Shown here: piece by piece, positions 21,829-33,989 of the stretch
How positions within the stretch are numbered: the first letter of the stretch is position 1
Layout of the letters: each line of letters begins with the position of its first letter
Source: Takakia lepidozioides
Lineage: Eukaryota; Plantae; Bryophyta
NCBI GenBank assembly: GCA_030704615.1
Contig: CM060732.1
Location: 63,364,001 to 63,428,000 of the forward strand
Reading direction: 5' to 3'
Length of the DNA stretch: 64,000 nucleotides
Notes under the pieces: model-generated
The model's input: the letters and a program-made list of their open reading frames with translations, nothing else
Told to the model about the DNA's origin: nothing
Database searches by the model: none
Position numbers and translations under genes: made by a program

Positions 21829-24228
21829 ATGGGTCGGGCAAGCCAAAGCGAAAGCGGAACGGCCCAAAAGATGATGATCCGTGTGAGCCCGATGGGGGCG
21901 ACGTGTCACCCGAAGCGGCTGTTTGAGGAAGCGACGCAGGGTTTTTGAAAACGAGGCCGCTCAAGGTGGGAGGAATCCGAGGTCAGAGCCCGAGGAATCC
22001 CAGAGAGCTCCGACGGACCAACAGATGCCTCCCATGCCGGCAGCTTTTTGGGAAGGGTTGTTGGCGCAGTTTGGCGGGACGTTGAAAGACGTGTTGAAGG
22101 CGACTAATGCCACTTCCGCTAAGGCAAAGTTCAAGGTGAAGCCGAAGGAACCCGGCACCTTCTAGGGCGTCCGAAATCGGAAGGCACTCAACACCTGGCT
22201 CTTGGAGCTAGAGCAGTACTTCCGGGCGGCCAAGTTGAGTGACGAGGATCGGGTGGAAGTGGCTCCCACCTATTTGAGGGGCTATGCTCACAATGGTGGC
22301 AGAAACGCCTTCATGACCGAGGTCCAAGTCCGGAAACCCTTGAACTGGATGGGTTCAAGGAATTGATGAAGCGACAGTTTGTGCCCCTCAACGCGTCCTG
22401 GCTTGCTCGGGACAAGATGAGGAATTTGAAGCAACAGATGACATTTCGGGGATATGTCCAGGCTTTCAATGTGCTGTTGCTCGAAGTCACGGATATGGCG
22501 GAACCAGAAATGGTCTTCAACTTTGTGGCGGGGATGGCCCCATGGGCCAGGCGGAAGTTGGAGGAGAAGCCACCTAAGACCTTGAACGAGGCAATTGAGA
22601 GGGCTGAATGTTTCTCAGATGTCCCTAGGGGTGAAAGACAAGGCCGTACGGAGCTGAACCACAAGAAGACCTGGCGGGAAAGTGACTCTTTCCGACCGGA
22701 AAAGAAGTGGGATAGGCCACACGGCAATAATGGCACGTGGAAATCGAAGGGAGGGCCTTCACACGTCAAGGCGGCACCCAGTGCTTCGAAAGGAAAAGCG
22801 GGTGGAGCGGCTTATGGCGGACAGAAGGCGACCTTTGATGGAGTGTGTTTCAATTGCGGAGAGCCCGGGCACATGGCCAAGAAGTGCACGAAACCTCGAC
22901 AATTGAACATGACTCGGGCAACCACGGAGCTGTCGGAAGATACCATCAGTCGCTTGGTGGAAGCGGTGGTCGCCAGGACTTGCAAGGTAGGCAAATATTC
23001 TTGTGAGTTGTATCAGGAAACTGACGCATTGCGTAAAGGGAGTCACTTATTGTTCGTGGATGGGATAATATCCGGAACTAACGTGTCATTGTTGGTGGAC
23101 ACAGGAGCGTCGCACTCCTTCATGACACCGGCAACGACACAAAAGCTGGGACTCCCGACAACTGACGTAGGGGCCTCTATTGAGGTACGTTCTGCCAAAG
23201 GAGAACCGCAATTGGCGACGAGGTTGGCGTTCGATGTTCCTCTTCAACTGGGGGGTTGGGAGGGACGTGAGAACTTCACCGTCTGCGAGATCGATGGAGT
23301 GGATCTCATTTTGGGGATGACCTTTTTGAGCAAATCCGGAGCGGTCATAGATGGCCGCAAGAGGGTGGTCATGCTGCCATGTTGGAATGGTGGCGAGGTC
23401 TTACGAGTTTCGGAAACGCCCAAACTCGTGGGAGGGCGAATAAACCTTCTGTCAGCAAGGGAGTGGGCCGTGGAGGAGGCACACGAGCCCCAGTTTTGCT
23501 CTACATTAGAGAAGTGAAGGGAGAAGGCGATGGAGAGCCGAGCCCAGATTGGATCAAGGGGATTTTGGAGAAATACCATGATGTGATGCCGGAGGATTTG
23601 CCAAGCGGCTTGCCACCGCGAAGAGGAGTTGACCACAAGATTGAGGTGATACCGGGATTGCCTGCCAAGGCGCCCTACCGATTGAGCCACAGAGAGTTGG
23701 TCAAGCTGAAGACTCAGCTCAGAGATCTAATGTCAAAGGGGTACATCCGGCCGAGTAAGTCACCTTACGGAGCCCCGGTGCTATTTGCAGATAAAAAGGA
23801 TGGGACGCTGCGGATGTGTGTCAATTACAGGGCTCTGAATAAGGTGACTATCAAAAACCGGTACCCTTTGCCAAGGATCGATGACCTCTTCGATCGGTTG
23901 GCAGGAGCGAAGTATTTCAGCCGGATCGACTTGCGCTTCGGCTATCATCAAATTCGGGTGGCGGAAGGAGATGAGGAGAAGACCGCGTGCAGGACAAGGT
24001 ATGGTTCATATGAGTTCTTGGTAATGCCTTTTGGGCTCACCAATGCACCAGCAACATTTAGCACGCTGATGAATAGCCTTTTCCAGGAGTGGTTGGATGA
24101 CTTTGTGATCGTGTACATCGACGACATCTTGGTGTATTCGAAACAAAGGAGGAGCACCTGGAGCACCTCAAAAGGTTGTTCCAGAAATTGCGAGAAGGGA
24201 AGCTGTATGCCAAAGCTTCAAAGTGCGA
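21829..24228 (+). pseudogene. gag-protease-RT part of the retrotransposon (stops and frameshifts)
   Basis: CFNCGEPGHMAKKC zinc knuckle; LVDTGASHSF protease; [21 protein letters not shown] and [12 protein letters not shown] motifs; breaks at AAGTGCGA (KCE). Confidence 0.92.
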
Positions 24229-24906
24229 CGCCTGACTCCCAACCTGGCTCCGGGCCAACTTGGAGCTTCGGCTGCTCACCGGGACATAACGGTCCCCCTT
24301 CGCTTCCCACTAAACCCTCCACCTATTTGGGCCTGGTGGAATTCCCTTTGGTAGATGGCAGTCCGGAACAGCTCCCCACTCTTTGGTCGCTTTCCGGCTC
24401 GCTCGCTTACTCACTAGTTTTTGGTCACCACGGGCTTGCACCGTTCTCTCAGGGTCACTACTCCCCTTATATATACTTCTGTAGCTGTCCGCGGGGGTTT
24501 CACAACCAGCCATGCCATTTTATGGCGAACCACCACCACGAAACCCTCGACTCCCGGTGATGAGTCGCGGTGAGTCTTGGCCCACTCACCACGGCCCCTA
24601 TGGACCGTGATGAGTCCCAAGACTCCCCACGACTCCCACCACGAGGTCTCCGCCCCCATGGTGAGTCCTATGCCACCCCCACTAAGTCCCACTAAGTCCC
24701 GCTAAGCTACCACCACCCCTTGTGGAGCCACCCCCACCGCAACCCGGTGTGCGGGGCTCCACCTAGTGAGCGCCTCCGCCTCCTTGAGTGCCTTGGGCAC
24801 TCAAGGGTGCTTCAGCCCCCCATACCTATCGCTGCTGCTGCCCCCACCACAAGGGCAGCCCCTCATGTGTCCCGACCCCCTGCCCTCAAGGCAAAGGGCC
24901 GCGACA
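24229..24906 (-). repeat. Most of the 3' LTR, lying inside the inverted segment
   Basis: Reverse complement of ~21057-21712. The missing last ~54 bp of this LTR sits in forward orientation at 27961-28014. Confidence 0.92.
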
Positions 24907-25811
24907 CACACCCCTACCAACAGGGAGTCGATGTCCTCATCGACTTGTCCATTTTTGTAGAAACAACATCCAAGTTGTGGCGTCCCACATCAAGGAGTTT
25001 GTTTCCGCACCATGGCGTCCCATGGCAAAGAACCAAACCCCACACTTGACTCTACTCTCCACTAGCTAGTTCGGCCGACTTCCTCCAAGTCCCGGCCAAG
25101 GGTGGAGCCTCTCCAGCTCCTCCCAGTGCACTCTTCTTGGCCTACTTCAAGGCCAAGGAATGATCCTCCCCGAGGATCGAATCGCCTTACTGCAAAAACA
25201 TTGCTTGCGATCGCTCATGATGCCGCTTTTGGCATCACCTTGAGCAAGGGTTCACCTGGAACCCTCTTTGACTAGGAAGATAACCTTGAACCAACCGTGC
25301 GCCCCAATCACTACAATTGGGTCCGCCTTGGAATGCTGGCCTGAGGTACGGGAACACGCCGAAGCCGCACTACGACTTCGTCCCGAGACTAGACGATTAT
25401 AGTACGTGAACGGAAGCACGTAGTTTTCGCGTTAGCCCGCACTACAAGGCAACCCCCTCAGTAGCGCAATTATAGTACGCGCACGCGCTAGGTGCGCACT
25501 AGCACGTGAACTCCCAAAGAAGGCGCAAGTTTCCTTGCCCCTCGGATGGGGGTCACCCGATTTCGGCACTATGCAAACACACGATTAACCCAATTTACCT
25601 ATCCCACTTTTATAAGCTAGCATGCATTCTACACACTAGCCAACCATTCCATGCATCAACATTCCAAACAAAATAGGACGCACGACATTTGGAAGCCATT
25701 TCATTTATAGCACGTTTTGTACAATACAAGTTTTTGCAATCGGATTCCTAAGCTAGCTAAGCCGGGCTAAGCATGCATTTCCTCCCCCACGCTCCAAGGT
25801 TGATGTCCCCA

Positions 25812-27960
25812 TCAACGCTTCTTCCGCTTTTGAGGTCGCCCTTTGAAAGCTGCAACCGCCTCGGATGCGTTTCTCATTTCTGAGGCATGCACCCAAGATG
25901 CCTCCACATGATGATAGCCCTTCCATTTGACGAGATACTCCATTTCTCGGTTCTTGATCCTCCTCGACTTAAGTATTGCCTCCACCTCGTACTCAGGTTC
26001 ATTTTCATGATCCAACAGCATAGGTGGGGGACGCAACACTTGATGCCGATTCGGACGCGCTTCATCTTTGTAGTAAGGCTTCAAAAGGGAGACATGGAAT
26101 ACTGGGTGCACCTTGCTATTTGCCGGCAGCTCCAATTCATACACATCCTCATTCATAACCTTCCGAATGCGAAAGGGTCCTGCATACGGAGGTACGAACT
26201 TCGGACTTACTTCCGGAGGTAGTCGGAAATTCTTGATGTTCAACCAGACCTCCGTGCCTGCCTCACACTTCACTTCCCTCCGCTTCCGATTCGCCTGCCT
26301 TTCATACCGTTTCCTAGCTTTGGCAATGTTGTACTTTGCGAGCTTCAACAAACGCTCGCGTTCTTCCAGTACCGCCGCTACTGCCGTTCCTCAACGTCCT
26401 GGGCGGCCCAACTTGTCGGCACCAGAGGTGCTTTTCCATAGACCAATACGAAAGGGGAAACTCCCGTTGCGGAGTGTTCTGTGTTATTATAACAGAACTC
26501 TGCCGCGTCTAAGTGTTCCACCCAGTCTGTTTGGTCTACCGACACGTAATTCCGCAAGATCTGCTTCACTACGGAATTCACTCTTTCTGTTTGGCCGTCG
26601 GTCGTAGGTCGGAAGGCGGTGCTCATCTTCAGCCTCGTCCCCATCTTCTTCCAAAGTACCCTCCAAAATTTACTCGTAAATTTTGGATCGCGGTCCGAGA
26701 CAATATCCTTCGGGACTCCATGATGTTTTAAGACGTGGACGAAGTAAAGTCGCCCTGTCTCCTGCGCCGTTGCTGTCTCCTTGGTGGGGATGAAATGGCC
26801 CATTTTACTGAACCTATCCACCACCACCATGATTGCATTGAATCCTTTTGACAGCGGCATAGCAGTCATGAAATCCATCGAGACGCTTTCCCAAGTCCCC
26901 TCTGGAATCGGCAAGGGTTGTAACAGCCCCGCTTGCTTTTTGTACTCGCTCCGGTTTTGTTGGCATGTGGTGCATGTCTTGACATACTCCTCTGCCTCCT
27001 CCCTCAGTTTGGGCCAGAAATACTCTTTCTTCAAGAGTGCCGCAGTGCGATTGGTTCCGCCGTGGCCCGCAAGCGGGCTATCATGGCATTCTCTCAAGAG
27101 GCTATCTCTGATCCCTCCCTTCGGCACGTAGAGATACTTTTGCTTATACCGGAGCAGTCCATTTTGCAAGTGGAACTGCGATTTAACCCCCATCCTCAAG
27201 TCCTGCATCACGGACTTCGCCAGCTCATCCTTCCGGCAGGCCTTCCGGATCTTCCTTTGGAGCGCCGTCTCGCCCTTGTACACCAACAAGAGCTGCTGCT
27301 TTCTACTTAGAGCATCGGCCACCACGTTGTCTCGTCCCGGTTTGTACTGGATATCCACGTCGAACACCGCCAAAGTATCTTGCCACCTAAGTTGATTTGG
27401 GGACAACTTGGGCTGCGTGGCAAAATACTTCACCGTGACATTGTCCGTGAACACCTTCACTGGGTTGGAACCACATAGTGGCGCCAAAGCTCAAGACAGT
27501 GCACCACCGCCTTCATCTCTTTCTCGTGCGTCGGCCACCGTCGCTCCACTTCATTCAGTTTCTTACTTTCGTAAGCCACTGGACGTCCATCTTGCATCAG
27601 TACACCCCCAATCGCGAAGTCTGACGCATCTGTATGTATCTCGAACGGACGATCGAACTCCGGGATTTTCAAGACTGGAGCTTCCGCCATCCGCTGCTTC
27701 AATTTAGCAAAAGCTTGACCGTAAAAGGTGTTCCATGCCCAGACTTTAGATTTACACAGAAGGTCTGACAGTGGCCCCGCAATCTTGGCGAAATTTCTCA
27801 CATACTTCCGGTAATAGGAGGCGAGTCCTAGGAAGGATCGCACTCCCGGGACCGAAGTCGGAGGCTCCCAGTTCAAAATTGCCCTCACCTTCCTGTCATC
27901 CATTCTGATCCTATCCTGTGTAATCACATGCCCCAGGAACTCCACTTTTGTGACCTCGAA
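25812..27960 (-). pseudogene. RT end, RNase H, integrase and chromodomain (inverted)
   Basis: VEFLGHVI; HTDASDFAIGGVL; HDSPLAGHGG...CTTC; SMDF, SDRD, TDGQTER; YEVEAILKSR...YLVKWKGY...SWV chromodomain. Confidence 0.93.
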
Positions 27961-28479
27961 TCAAGCGAGTAACTATGACTTGAAGGGGAGCTTACCGAAT
28001 TGAGGTGCGCGACAAGGTGGGTTAGACTAAAGAACCGCCCACCCGCAAGTGTGTCGCTAGTCTTGACAGAGGATCAGCGGTCAATGAAAGATCTCCTCCC
28101 ACTAGGTCCTTGATAGATATTTGTCTTTGAAGAACTTTGGGGATAAGTCCCGGTGCAAATTCCAGCTGTAAGAGCTCTTGCAGAGTACTCATAATCTACC
28201 ACATCTGCGATGATACAATGATAGGATTGAGATAGTGGTAGTCACCAGGAGCTAAATCTTTGATATGTATATTTTTACTTAGACTAAATTGTGATACATA
28301 GATGTATAGTGGATGTGTTGGTTAGTGTGTAGTGTCTTATAAATGTTATAACGTAGAGTCAAGTATGCATTGCCAGATATATGTAGAACATTGTATGAAC
28401 TGCCATTGGACAAAACCGGAGTCAATGGTCAACTAGTTTTTGAAATTCAAATTTCAAATTTAAATTCAAAATTTTCCAC

Positions 28480-28785
28480 CTAAATTCCCCTAAATTGCGA
28501 CGTCGCAAAAAATGATTTTTATTTTTATTTTTCACGACGCCCGGACATCGCAAGTCGCGCCGGCGCCGCGAGTTGCAGGTCGTGGGCGGGGGGTCCCGGG
28601 GGTTTAGCGATTCCCCGAGGTCACTAATTAGCGACGTTGCGGGAGCGACGTCGTTGCGACTTCTCAACGTCGCAAAACGCCCACGGCGCGTCCCGGACCG
28701 CGTAGAGTATCTCCGTCACAAATCACGACAGTTTGAGGTCGCTGGGGCATCGCAAACCCCCCCCCCCCCCCCAAATGCAGTAGTG
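28480..28785 (-). mobile_element. CACTA (En/Spm) transposon end with GC-rich subterminal repeats
   Basis: Ends in AAATGCAGTAGTG (reverse complement CACTACTGCATTT), preceded by many GCGACG/CGTCGC repeats. Confidence 0.65.
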
Positions 28786-30219
28786 TACATTTATGGTATG
28801 CAATGGTGCCATGTGAAGTGGTGTCGTGTTCAAATTTTTTCACGGTGTGTATGTTTTATGTTTTGAGCAAATCCATGGAATGGATGAATAAGTTCCTTGT
28901 TAATGAATCAGGTGGCCATGGAGGAGGATGTAAATAAAAAGGTGAGCATGCATAGCAAAAAAGATGAAAACAAGACGTTTATAATAAAAACTTGGACAGA
29001 AAGACACGTGTCGAACAGTTTGGGATTTTTTTTGTTTTCCCCCCTTAATACAATGAACGGATCATCAATGCATTCTTGGTTATCACGACATCTCTTTTGT
29101 AATACCCTAGTGGAACGGCATATTAGGTACAATTTAAATTAAAAAAAAATGCCTAAGCAATTCTGTGATTTTTCAATATTTATGCCTAAAAAGCTGGAAA
29201 AATAACATGGAAGTGCCTAATTCAATGAAATTATCTAAACATATAATTTCTATTGAAAGCCAAAAAATAAAATATTCGTAAATATTCAAAAAATATAGGC
29301 CAATTCCCTAGGTCGATACAACCTCCATATGACCTTCCAATGAGTCTCGAACATCCTGCAGATGTCCATCATTGAATTCTTGATCACCATTCAAGTTAGG
29401 TATATTTGAGTCTTCGATGTGCAAATTTCCAAGGTAACGACTCATGCTCTCCACCACCTCAACATGAAGTCTGGTATCTCTGAAAGCTGCGCCTGACCTA
29501 GGCTTGGCCCAGGCTCAATTCCTCCAATGTTAGCCATCTCCACATCTGCGTCCATACCCGTGTATTTGCTCTCTGACGCCATCTCCATTACAAAAGAGAG
29601 AGCACTGTTGCGAAGGACAAGACTTGTCCTAGGGTTTGTCTTGGGAAAGAAGAGGGAGGGGATGAAAGGAGAGAGTTCCAAGTGATGAAAGGTGCCTAAA
29701 CATGAGAAATCATGGATGATATGTGCGTAATCTATATAAATTCTTTTTGAAAGTGCCTAAAGACAATATTCCAGATTTAATCATTATTAGGCACTAAAGT
29801 GCCTAATACGGGTACAAGGTCGAACTTATGTGGGGCTAGTATGTAATAGTCATCTCATTATGACAAGGTTGCCACTGCATGCATGCAGTCGCCAATTGCA
29901 CCCTACGTGCACATGGTCATGTGGGCCCAACACATTGCAATAGCCATGTTCTTTAGGACATCTCATTAGGCGTCAAATTTTTTTTTTTGGAATAACTTGG
30001 GGTACATATATGGAACTACTTACTTCACATATTTACTTCACAATCTTCAAAACATCGCTCCATAGCCATACGAGTTTAACTGAAACAGAGGACAATGTGT
30101 CGGAAAGGTAATTTTGAGTACAAAAATAAGTGTCGTAGATAGTATAGCATAATAACCATGAAGACCTCGTCCTAGAATCATCTAACTCTCTATAAGAACA
30201 GATATATCTGCAAGATGCC

Positions 30220-30359
30220 ACAACATCGCCCGAGCGCCAGCGTTGCGACGCCCTGACGTCACAAGCCCAGGCGGAGACCCTGCGCGACGTTGTAGTCGCA
30301 CTGGGGGTCGGCGCGGGGGTGGCTATGTGCGTCGCTAACCCCCCCTAAATGCAGTAGTG
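30220..30359 (-). mobile_element. Second CACTA end of the same or a related family, same orientation
   Basis: Ends in CCCCCCTAAATGCAGTAGTG with GCGACG repeats upstream. Confidence 0.6.
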
Positions 30360-30878
30360 GTACTTCACCACATTTGAGTTTTGTTATGAACGCTTTAATG
30401 TAACAAATGTTATATTATATTTGCCACATTATTTCATTTATGAATTTGAACTATGTATGCATATCTTGTCACGTTTTAATTATGCCACATAAACACCTCA
30501 ATTCATATGGTTATTTTAGGGTTTATTTGAATTCAATTTGAAGGAATGACGTTTGATAAAATTCATCCAACAATAAAACTTAAATTATTTGGTCCAACAA
30601 CCAACTTCGCCTACGCCGCAGATACGCCACAAATGTCGCATGTGAACACGTTTCAATTTTGAGTACATATACATTCCCAATACCTTTCGTGGGAACAATC
30701 ATGATACAAGGTTAGGGTCAACTCACCAAACTGTGCGTAGTCCCTACCCTTAAAGAAAGGGCATGGCCAACAAAATAACTTATTTGTCAATACTCTTGAA
30801 CATGTGATACTCTAGCTACATATCTTTCTCTATGACATAAGTTTTTTTAAATCGATGTCATTACGTCCTCATCCATTC

Positions 30879-31256
30879 TTCTAAAAACACTTTAATGTTC
30901 GACAATCACCTTGAACACTAGGATAAGACATACGGGGAACTAAGATCTCAACATCATCTGTAATTTCATTCAGAGAGGCACTAACATTGGGAAGGACATC
31001 CTATTGTTCTAAAAACACTTGAATGTTCGACAATCATCTTGAACACTAGAATAAGACATACGGGGAACTAAGATCTCAACATCATCTGTAATTTCTTTCA
31101 TAGATGCACTAACATCGGGAAGGACATCTAGTGTTCTAAAAAACCTTGAATGTTCCACAATCATCTTGAACACTAGAATAAGACATAGGGGGAACCTAAG
31201 ATCTCAACATCATGTGTAATTCTTACATAGATGCACTAACATTGGGAATGACCATC
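30879..31256 (+). repeat. Tandem repeat, 3 copies of ~127 bp
   Basis: TTCTAAAAACACTTGAATGTTCGACAATCATCTTGAACACTAG...AAGATCTCAACATCAT repeated at ~30879, ~31007 and ~31134. Confidence 0.9.
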
Positions 31257-33989
31257 CCACATTTCATCCTAGTAGACACATAAAGATTATTCAGATCAGA
31301 TTCTGTGCCTTGTAGTGCACATATCATTCATGAGCACTCATCATTTGGACGATACCTGCATTGTCAAGCTATTAAAGTATATGTAACAATGGTCCTCAAG
31401 TTAGGTACGGTTGCTCCCAACTAGGTAGCTACTTCCTTGTACATCCAACACATCCAAATGATACTACATTTCATTAAATAGAAGGAAGGAGTTCTAACAA
31501 ATAACATTTATGTTTATAAAATACAGTGAAGTAGGCAAAAAAAAAGATATAACATACAACCATAAAAAAGAGGTAATAACTATCCAAGTTTGGCACTTAC
31601 TTTATCTGTAAGTGTTCAACTCGTATATCTTAATGAAATATTGTTTCTATGAACTTTTATATGGTATTGTACATGGTATAATGGCTAGCACAAGTGGGAT
31701 TTAGGAACAAGGTGTTATCGGTCTGATCATCTATATATGTTGCATTTTTGGGGGTATGTCGAAGTCTATTACTTGTCCTTAAGTACATGTCATTCTTATA
31801 CATATTCTTCTAAACTCAACTATCTTTTGCATGTAAAACATCGTCATAAAATATATCTGAAAACTATTTGCGGATAATTGATGTAGATATTTTCTTAGAC
31901 ATTTGTTTGATTTTAATAAGTAGACAATGATATTGATAATATTATCTAATTCTATCATTTTATATCTGGTGGACCATTAGCTCATTCTAGCAAAACGATT
32001 ACTTTTGAAACATGTTTATAAAAAGTAAGCGTGATCATCTGCACTTTACCTATTAGAACTAGAGCCACCTGACGTCTAAACAGAAAGCGAAAATTGTGAG
32101 GACGAGGGTGGCGAGGCCAACGATTGGCGAACGGCAGTGGAGGCAAACTACAGAGGAAGGCAGGAGACAGACACCCCAATATTACCTTGCACTGCTCGGG
32201 AGTGCAGTGCTGCTCCTCAAGCGTCCACTCCCTTATAACCTCCGCGGCAGCTGCAAGCTCGGGTGGGGGCGACGGTGGCTCAGGCACAGGAGCGTCCTTC
32301 CTCTTTGGTGCCATACGAATCCCTGAGACCGACAGAGATCACAGGAAATGAATGCAAGCCCTCACGATGAATCAATGCAGATGGCCCATCTTCCCCAAGC
32401 ACAAGAAAGAAGGATGTACCTCGGCGAATTTCGCAAACTTTCCAAAACCAGCTGCAAAATGAAACCCCAACACACCACACTCCCCTGCAACCATCCCCTA
32501 CCACACAAAACACAGAGCCCAAATACATAAAAGCATTTCACAAAACGACATGCAAGAAAAAATGACAACTTGCATTATAATGAAAATTCGGCAGGGCAGA
32601 ATCTAAACGCCAAACACTCAGCCCTAACAGCTGCGTCAATGCAATTACACCCCGAGCTGTAATGTCTAGAACACACAGCAGGAAACGGAACAGCTCCCGC
32701 CGCTTCGAGCTTGGGAGATGTAAGTCGCCATGACCTGAAAATGAAGCCCAAAAATACACCCCCTTACGAAGTGAATGCGGGCGATCCACGGAAGATCAAG
32801 CAAAACATGCACACAAAAGCGCCAAGGAAATGCGAGAGGGGCCACGATTTGCAAGCTCCAGGAACCCAGACTCTGTGCGCGCAAAGAGAGAGCCCGTTCC
32901 ATGCTGCCGCCACCCATCACTGGCCACAGGGTGGAATCCCATGTCCGCACGGGCGGACATTCCAACCTTGCATGCACCCGATCGCTGGCATTGGGCCACC
33001 GACGCCCATTTTGCCTACCATGTGGCTAGGTCAAAGCCCGTGGAGGGCTAGAAACCATTGGATTTTGGGTGCTCATCATCACTTCAAAAAATTCCTGGCG
33101 GCGCAAGATTTGTCCAATTATGGTGCAATAAATTCTGTCCGGCGCAGAATCTCAAGGGCTATAACTTTTGTTTAGGGCCCATCTTCATCCAAATTCATCC
33201 AAGGGGCCCACCGACGGTCGAAATATCCAATCGACCCGAATCAGGTCGACTCGTCCATTAGGGGTGAATCGTGGCAAGGACCCCTCGGTGTCCTATCATG
33301 GGCCTAAGTTCCATTGTGCCAAAGGCCTATGGGCGACTTAAGGCAAATTTGACCTAGACTAGTTTCCCTCTTGATTTGTTCAATGTGATGGATTTCCCTC
33401 TCATTGTTAGCTCTCCACCATTGGGTTAGTTATTTTCTGCTGCTAGTTGGCATTGGCCTGTCGGTGCAGACTACAATTGGTTTTGGTTTTGCGGATTTTT
33501 CTTTTCTTTATGTGGATTCCCATCATTGGTTTTTCCCCTCCTTGTTTAAAATCCCCCCCCCCCCCCAAATATCTTGCTTCCTTTTCCGCCCTTACCCATA
33601 AAAAGAATGTTAAGAGTATCATAGTACAGTATATCAAATAATTACCAGTCTTTTAAATCTGTGTAAATATACGGAAGGATCAATTTCCAAAATTCCTCCA
33701 TCCTCAAAGTGGAAAAGTATATTATCCAAATTATAGACACGGTCATCGCTGTGTCAAATTGAGATGTTAGTATTATTTTTTGTTTTTTGTTTTTTAAAAA
33801 GGAAAACAGGAGACAGTGGCCCTGTAACAAAAAAAAATATTTGGAACTTTACAGTATAGATGATATTATACATAAGAATTCCAATTACAATTAGCTTTTT
33901 ATATGCAATATTTATTTGCATGTAAATAAGATCATGAGTGGAAAACCAAAAAAATAACAATAAAATAATGACACCTCCCCAAGGAAGCG

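Larger units (their letters stand above)
21057..28014 (+). mobile_element. Ty3/gypsy chromovirus LTR retrotransposon with an internal inversion
   Basis: TG...CA termini; 5-bp TSD AGGTG at 21052-21056 and 28015-28019; gag CCHC, protease, RT, RNase H, integrase and chromodomain all present. Confidence 0.95.
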
